Below are positions 55,937-64,000 of a DNA stretch of 64,000 nt, one piece after another. This DNA is from Selaginella moellendorffii (lineage: Eukaryota > Plantae > Lycopodiophyta). The notes under the pieces are model-generated. The model was not told where the DNA came from. It searched no databases and saw nothing but the letters and a program-made list of their open reading frames with translations. The translations under genes were made by a program, and so were the position numbers. The DNA lies in assembly GCF_000143415.4 (NCBI RefSeq), contig NW_003314291.1:1158517-1222516 (forward strand). The letters run 5' to 3'. Position 1 is the stretch's first letter. The number at the start of each line of letters is the position of its first letter.

Positions 55937-57629
55937 ATGTGATTGTCTAACTTGGAGTGCAGATTGCTGCTCCTATGACCATTGATCAGCAGCCCCAGCC
56001 TTGATCCAGCAGCAATCTTTTGTTTTTGCAAATCTTCATCTAATCACCCTGGCTCTTGTGCCTTTGTCAAGACCGTAAGCTCTCGTGGATGCTCAAAACT
56101 TTGGACAGCGTAGTTCAGGGTGGTCATGCCACTGTGCAATGAGCAAACCCCACAGTATTACATCTTGGACTTCCATGGTGCTCAAGACTCACTTGTATAG
56201 ACTGACAAGAGAGATGACCACTTGATTTTGCAATAAAATTGACAGATATATTTAATATTTTTCCTGTTTATACTGTATGGTACCAAAATAAAATTCTTAT
56301 AAAAATATATATAAATATGATGGTGTGATTGCATGGAATATAGAAATGAAATACAAAAATGTGCATCTCAAAAAGTTCTCTAACTGGGATTTTACAAATG
56401 ATGCAAGATTCTCAAATCTATTGCAAAAATTTGGCATCCATGGCTTAACATTTTAAACTTCACGAACCTCATCAAAAAAAGGTAAATTTTGCGCTATGCC
56501 TTGTGGACATTAAATATCAAATACACAATGGATGTAGTATCAAAAGATATATAATAAATAAATAAATCCTATTCATTCCTGTTCTCCACAATCTCCCATA
56601 TAGAATATAGATTATAAATATTCAAATTTTTATAAACAATATAAAATGAATGCTAGCAATTGATTATGCTCAAATTTAATCTTCATCATAGAAATATAAA
56701 TTCTATAAACATTCTTAACTTTTTATTTGTACATTTGTTATACTATTAAGAATCCTAATTTTAATAAAAAATTTAAAATTATATTAAGAAAAATACTATT
56801 AATAAGGATATTTCTACAAGATTAAAGTTTCTAGAAATATTTTTAATATCTCTAAAATTAGTTTCACTCTTATATAAATTTGTAAAGTAGCCTAATAATA
56901 ATATGTCATGATATTAATGAATTTATGTAGAAGGACAGTGCTCTATTTGATTGATTTTGATTTCTTACAGTTCAAGTTCCTCAACGATGATCCTGGCTAC
57001 ATCAACTGCTCCAACAAGACATGTGTCACCGATTCATGTAGCGTGAGGACTTGCTCTGGATTGCTTGCTTTCTGTCTTGTCAACATAAGAACCACCGTCA
57101 CCTTTGTGTTCTTTGGCAGTGGGCTTGTAACTCCCTGCATTCTCAAGATTGCCCTGCCACTTTCGTTTGTGAGGCTTGAGGCTCCTCTATACAGGCATTT
57201 TTCTCATAACTTTACTCTACTAATTTCTCTAACTCAAGATGGTGGTAACTTGCTCAAAGTGTCAAGTATGATGGTCGAAGCTCACTTTTCCAAAAGAAAG
57301 ATATGTGTGGTGAAGATTAACATTTTATTTTTATTTTTCTTTGGGTAATTCTTTTAGGTTCACCAGCTACCAATTTTGGATATATGCATTTCCCTGAGAG
57401 AGAATCTTTGTTGTGAGAGAAGAGCCACATTGAGATCCAATGCTTCAACATCTCCCCTATGCTATGCCAAGACATGACAACTCTAGCCAGGCTTGTTTTG
57501 TGCTCACTCTTCCCACATTAACTCTTTGTTTTTGGGCAATGCACCAAAATGTGGAGTCCAAACTCCAATCACACCAAATTAAAGATTCTCCCAAAAGTAT
57601 TTCCATAGTGTAAACAACAAAACAAAATT

Positions 57630-60600
57630 TGTGAGGTGCAAATGTACGGTTATAATGCCGTATACTAATATTAAAGTAGTGGGATTTTGGTAGTTGTCGG
57701 ATTGGTTTCAATCCAGACTACTCGCTCCTGTATATAAACTAGGGTTTTTGGGCTAATTGATATGCATATTTTCTGTATTCCCTTTCTATATTCCATGCAC
57801 TCACATTGGTGGAGGTGAGGGGCACCTTTGATTGTCTTTGAGAAGTGCTTGGATTTAGGATTTTGCTTTAAATCTAGCTTTTGCATTGTCTAGATTTAGC
57901 TTTTTCCATTTCTTTTCTTTTGCTCTTTCCTTTTAGGATTTTGATTTAGATCTAGCTTTTTGCATTGTTTAGATCTCCCTTTCTTTCTAGCTTTTTCTTT
58001 TCATTTCTCTTCTTTTGCTCTTTCCTTTTCATTCATCTTCATGGCAGGTTAGCAATCTCCTCCTCCTTTGACTCTGGAGCAGTAGTTGGTACAATTGCTT
58101 GATGCTATGCAATTGCCATTGAACAACTAAACTTAGTTGATGGTGGCATTCACAGCACATGATACAACTCCTCCTGCTCTTGGTGCCAATCTTTGCGTTC
58201 AGCCAAAGTTCTTTCGCAGGAATTTTGGGGATGATGTGTACCATTGGTTCGATCATTTCATGGTGATTGCCACATATTATTCTTGTGATGATGCTCAATG
58301 TTTATGTGAGTTTCCCATGTGTTTCCACCAGACAGTGTTGCAGTGCTACAATGGTTTGAGCGCAACCACTCGTGGGGATTGGAGTGTTCTCCCAGACATC
58401 TTCAAATGTGCATTCGGACATGCCGACGATTATAATGATGCCTTCCAACAATTACATTGTCTTCGTCAATGGCCATTTGAGTCGATGATGCAATTTAGCA
58501 TTTGTTTCCAAAACCTCTTACTTTGTGCAAAGCTAAATATGTCGGAATGGATCAAGCTAGGAATGTTGTGGCTAACACTTTATTAAGATCTTGTTGGACT
58601 TGTGCATGCACTTGTTTCTGCCACCCTTGACGATGCTCTTCACTTGGCACAACGTTATGGGATGTTGCCTCTTCCACTTCTCACTGCATGTCCTTCAGCT
58701 CCACTTTTTGTGGGTGATGGTCTTGTTCCAATGAAGGTTGATGCTGCTGCTGTTCGAGTCCAAGGACAAGGGCAAGGTTGTGGTCGTGGCTATAATATTC
58801 GTTATTGGGCAAAGTTAGTCACACTTATTATAGTTGTCAGCATTTTCCAGATTGGCAGCCACCATTTCTTGGGTGAAGACCTTGGCGTCAACAATGTCCT
58901 GTTGGTGCTACTGTAGTGGAAAGTCTGGACACTGAGATGCATCTGGGAAATGAGGAATCACACGAGTAATGGAGGGATCTTGCGCAAATAAGTCAATGAC
59001 CCCTCCATCTTTCTTTCGGGAATATCGTCAAGGGGTTCACTTGACACCAGTTTATCCAGTGTTTACTTTCCAAACTCGTTTTTATAACAAACAGTCTCCT
59101 ATTATTCTCTCCGTATTGGTTGATATAGGTTCGAGTTTATCTTCTATTGCTCGACTTGTTGCCACACGTTGCCATTTATACTTCTGTCGTGCGATGAAAT
59201 CAGTTTTCATTCTTTATGGCAATGGCCGTACACATGCGTGTGCACAGAATGAGGCAGACTTAGTTGTATGTATGGGTGATCTCGAGCTTGGATTGCAATC
59301 ATTGCAGGTAGTGCCAAGTCAAGCTTTTGACCTCTCTTGGTATGGATTAGTTATAGCATATTCATGCCAAGTGTGATTTTGATGCTTCTCCCCCTTGTCT
59401 TATACTTTCTTATATTTCATTCATTCTTCTCACTTTCATACCTCTTTATCCCTTTGTTTCTACCTTTGCTTCAATTACTTTTGTGCCCCCACTATTTCCT
59501 CCTATTTTTTCGTCTTGTTTTGCTCTTCCCTTTTTTGATCCCTCTAACAATCTTTGTGTTGTAGTGGTTGACTGGCTCATGAGGGAGTATTTTGATCTCT
59601 TTGAATTTGAACTATTGTCTGGGGCTAAGATTGCCACACGTTATTCGATTCGAACTAAGGATGCTCGTCTAATCAAGGTTCTTGTTCGTCGTCGGTCACT
59701 CAAAAAGATCAAGATTTTACATGCAAACGTCTGAGATATGTTGGAGAAGGGTGTTATTTGGAAGTCACGGAGTCCTTGGGCATGTGAACCTCATCTTGTG
59801 ACGAAGCCTAATAGGAGTATTCTTTTCTGCATTGACTATCGTCCATTAAATAAAGTGACGATCCCAGATATGTACCCTCTTCTTCACACTATTAATCTCT
59901 TAGATCGTTTGGGGCGAAGTTGTTGGTTCACCAAGCTAAATCTTGCTTTTGGGTACTGGCAAGTACTGATGGCTGAAAAAGATATTCCTAAGACTGCTTT
60001 TCGTACACTGTTTGGTTTGTACAAGTTTTTGGTGATACTGTTTAGTTTGAACAATGCTCCAACAACTTTCTAACAGATGATGGACGAGGTTCTTTGCGAT
60101 ATGCCAGAGGTGACTATTGACTTTATTGATGATGTCTTGATCCACTCGGAGGGGACGTGAGAGGAGCATATTTATGATGTTTGTAAAGTGTTGGATTGGT
60201 TACAGGACGTTAGTTTAAAGCGGTTGAAGTGCATGTTTGGGTCCAAGAACACAATTTATCTTGGGTACCGTATTTCTTGTGAGGGTTTGCAAGTTGATCC
60301 TGACAAACTTGTGGCTGTTCTAAAGTTCCTTACTTCGAAGTGTGTAAATGATGTGTAACGCTTCTTAGGCAAGGTGTAATATCTCGGTCATTTTGTGGAT
60401 CATTTTTCTAATCGCACTGCACTATTATGAACATTGATGAAGTCATCAACGTCATCTTTCATCTGGTCTCCGGATTGTGAGCAGGCATTCGTGAATATCA
60501 AAAAGCTATTGACGACTCCTCTAGTTTTGGCATATCCTAACTACACTTAACCTTTTATTTTGCACGTGGATGCTTCTGATATTATTCTTGGAAGTGAGTT

Positions 60601-62627
60601 GATGCAAGAGAGCTTGAATGTGCCTGGTTAGTGCCATCCCATTGCATATATAAGCCATACATTACAACTAGTGGAGGTGAACTACTCCACGACAACGAAG
60701 AAGTGTTTAGTAGCAATTTAGGGTTTCGAGAAACTTCATGCATATCTATATAGTTCTTGGACGTTACTTGAAGGTGATTATGTTGCAGTTACTTCATTAT
60801 TAAAGCAAAAGAACCTGGCTGGTCGTACTGTTTAGTGGGTTTTGAAGGTTTAGATATATGATTTTGGTGTTGTTTATCGCTTAGAGAGTTATATGGCTAA
60901 TGCTAATGCCCTTTCTCGAGCTCCTCTTCCTTCTCCACTCTCTTCTCATGTTTCTAATAAGCATGTTTTTCCAGCATCTATGGATTTTCTAGACAAAGAT
61001 TCTGTGCTGTCGGCGATTTCTGTACTTGATGTTCAGTGTCCACAAGATGCAGAATAAGATTTACCTTCTCTTGATGAGGTTCACGAGGCTCAAAAGATTG
61101 AGTCGTGGATTTTTAGGGTTCGAGATGGGTTTGAGAATCCTACATCACTTGCTAATGATTTACCATTTCGGCATTTACATTTTAAATATCGCCTTAAAGA
61201 TAGCCTTCTTTAGTTTGTGAGGACGGATCCTAATAATCCTTTATAGCTAGTGGTGCCTTCTATTTTTATTCCATGGTTTCTCTATGCCTACCATGATTCT
61301 CCTGTTCTAGGCGGGTATATGAGACATTGTCGTGTAACCGAGAAGCTGCACAGGTCTTTCTATTGGCTAGAGATGTGACATGATGTTATCCGGTATGTGC
61401 GTAATTGCATTTGGTGCCAAGCTTGTAATACTCCCCCTTATGCCATGGAAGGATAGTTAGAATCAATTGCAATTTCCTGTCTATTTTAGTTGGTGGTGTT
61501 TGATCTTATGGGACTTTTTCCACGATCGACTACTGGCAATGAATATGTTATTATTGCTTTTGATTATTTGACTCATTGGGTGGAAGTTAGTGCTCTTGCT
61601 AGCGCCTTTGCAACTGCTGTTGGATACTTCCTCCTCAATCGAGTGGTGTTCCAACATTCTTGTTCAGAGTGGATTCTTTCAGATAATGGTCCCGCATTTA
61701 TGGCTGAGGCATTTCATATTTTTCATGTTTTGACGTCTTGGTTGGGGATATGCCACACTTTCAGGAGTGTTTATTATCCACAATCAAACGGTTTGGTGGA
61801 ACGGCTTATTCGGACATTCAAAGGAATGATCACGAAATACATGAACTTTCAACATTCGGATTGGGATGGTTATTTGTTATCTCTTCGGTATGCATATGTC
61901 ATAGAGGTGCAGAGTTCTGTCGGTGCTTCACTATATAAACTTCTATATGGTCATACTCCAATATTATCAATGGAGTTGGGTTTACTTTTACAATTGCCAT
62001 GAGCTGCCAATGCTAGGTCGTGGGATCAATATTTGATGAGCATTATTCCACTTGTTTGAGTAAAGTCCACTGAACATTTAGGCCACGTATAAGTGGGACA
62101 ACAATGGTGCTATAACTTTCATCATCATCCACCTGCGGAGTACAAAATGGATGACTTGGTGTTAGTTCGTTTTCCCCATCTTACGGTATATGGTTTATCT
62201 AAAAGGCTCCTTGCTTAGTGGAAAGGACCATATTAAGTGTTGCAACAAGTTGAATTGCAAGTTTATGAGGTTTGGCATGACGTCTAGTAGGCTGATCCTT
62301 CAGAAATTGTGCATGTGCAACAGTTGAAACGCTTCATACAAACTAATTAGGAACAACTAATACCACTTACAGATCCACCGATGCCTTCTTTTGACGGTCC
62401 TCTAGATCCTGGCCCATTTACAAAAGCACCTTGATGGTCTTCCATTATTCCGAGAGGAGGGGATGATCTGAGGTTCAAGTGTACAGGTATGATGCTGTAT
62501 ACTAATATTAGTATAGTGGGATTTTAATAGCCGTTGAATTAGTTTCAATCCGGACCACTTGCTCTTGTATATAAGTTAAGGTTTTTGGGTTAATTGATAT
62601 GCCCTATATATATTCTATGCACTCACA
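57630..62627 (+). mobile_element. Full-length but heavily decayed Ty3/gypsy element with no chromodomain and a tRNA-Ala PBS
   Basis: 5' LTR 57630-57805, PBS TGGTGGAGGTGAGGGG at 57807-57822, gag, PR (LVDIGS), RT (FCIDYRPLN, FIDDVLI), RH (HVDAS), IN (FDLMG, SDNGPAF, YPQSNGLVER), PPT gagaggagggg, 3' LTR 62467-62627. Confidence 0.93.
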
Positions 62628-64000
62628 AATCCATAACTTTTGACTTGCTCGAAATAATTTATTGAACTAATGCTGTTTTTCTTTAAACCACATCTAAAAA
62701 ATAATAATCAAACATATGTATGACATTTAACTTCTTTGTAGAATTTAAATATAAATTAATTAAGAATCGTCTTAAGAATTTTTATTAAAAAATATTAATA
62801 ATAAATAAATAAATAAAAAAACAATTTTTACATCATCACACTTTAAAAATCCTTATTTTAAAACTAATCTTAACATTTTAGTAATGAAAGTATTTATAAA
62901 TGTTTTAGTAATGATATTTCTAAAAGTACTTTTACTATTATATATTTATAAAATCTTTGGAATTAGAAATTCAAAATAGGGCATTAATAATACTTTAATT
63001 GGTAATGACATAAATATTTTAATAAATCTATTTATTAATTTATATAAAATAAAACAACATTTTCTAAAAATATATTTTATCCATTAAATTATATTGATAT
63101 TATAATTACTCCATTTGATGATACTTATACTTGATATATCTCTACAAGTGTTGAATGTATTGAACACATTTGTGGTGATCCACCAAATTGTAAAATAAAT
63201 ATAGAACTAAATACAAGCATTAGTGAAAATACATTAATAATATGATTACAATATTTAATAAATAATTTTAGAAAAATAATTAATTCTACAGCTTCTAATT
63301 TATTTATAATAATAACTTCTTTTTTTCAAATTGCTTATACAATACATGATTTTACAAAAAAGCCACAATTTCTGAATAAAAGTAATATTTCTTTAGAAAA
63401 TTTATTTTCTGAACTACCAAATTTTTATATTTTGACAGATATATTTTTAGCATCACTAAATGGTTATTGTACAGGGTTAATATTATTATTACAATGAAAT
63501 ATTTCAAAACAATATAAATATTTTTATATTGGAATTTTTTATATTTCCAATCCACCAAGTTTGTTCATCAGTCACAGAATATATCAAATATTGTTTAGTA
63601 TGATAAATGCTTAGATGTTGGAGAGAGTAAAAACAACATTTTCTGATCCCAATTATCCTAATACAATTATGATTATTCATAAATTATTTAAATTAATTAA
63701 TATATATAATATTTAATGTGATAAAGTTAATATATTTTTAAATATTATTGTTATAAAAAATATATCAAACTGTAAATCCTGTAAATACATGTATGTATAT
63801 ATGTGTATTACCCTGCATAGATTATATTTATAGATTGTTCATTTGGGACTTAATTTTGTGCATTCAATTTTATATATAATGAACCACAATTATTATATCT
63901 ATTTTGATATGCTGAGTACTCATAAAATCAAAATTTAAATTAATCAAAATAGAAAACACCTATGCTCTGTTTCATTATCTAGATATTTGATAATTAATTC

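Noticed and set aside
1-64000. CRISPR arrays, tRNA/rRNA genes, prokaryotic operons
   Set aside because: No regularly spaced repeat-spacer array or cloverleaf/rRNA signature was seen; the sequence is spliceosomal-intron-containing plant DNA.
62630-64000. AT-rich tail with short ORF 63352-63558
   Set aside because: Low-complexity AT-rich DNA; the ORF has no coding character.

Overview
Eukaryotic plant nuclear DNA. Very short (~50-90 bp) introns, compact genes, many PLS-class PPR genes and a Tcn1-like chromovirus point to Selaginella or a related lycophyte; this is an inference, no search was run. Intact-looking host genes: NRP1-like, FNR-like pKIWI502 oxidoreductase, a PLS-E PPR protein, an intronless Ser/Thr kinase, MAK10/NAA35, UPM1, an AMSH-MIT-like/coiled-coil protein and an intronless SUVH H3K9 methyltransferase. 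Between them lie decayed gene copies (PPR, MAK10, S28 peptidase, ERD2-related, stearoyl-ACP desaturase, PWP2) and three Ty3/gypsy families. Family 1 is a Tcn1-like chromovirus (1-5286, minus strand) with signatures of tRNA-independent self-priming and a GGGAAAC + stem-loop -1 frameshift. Family 2 is a near-intact 5.0 kb chromovirus with ~111 bp LTRs and a CAGCA TSD (26571-31606). Family 3 is an old tRNA-Ala-primed family without a chromodomain, present as five pieces. Other notable items are a decayed Crinkler-like P-loop NTPase/PD-(D/E)xK nuclease gene and a three-copy coiled-coil/polyproline/hydrophobic-tail family. No tRNA, rRNA or CRISPR features were seen.
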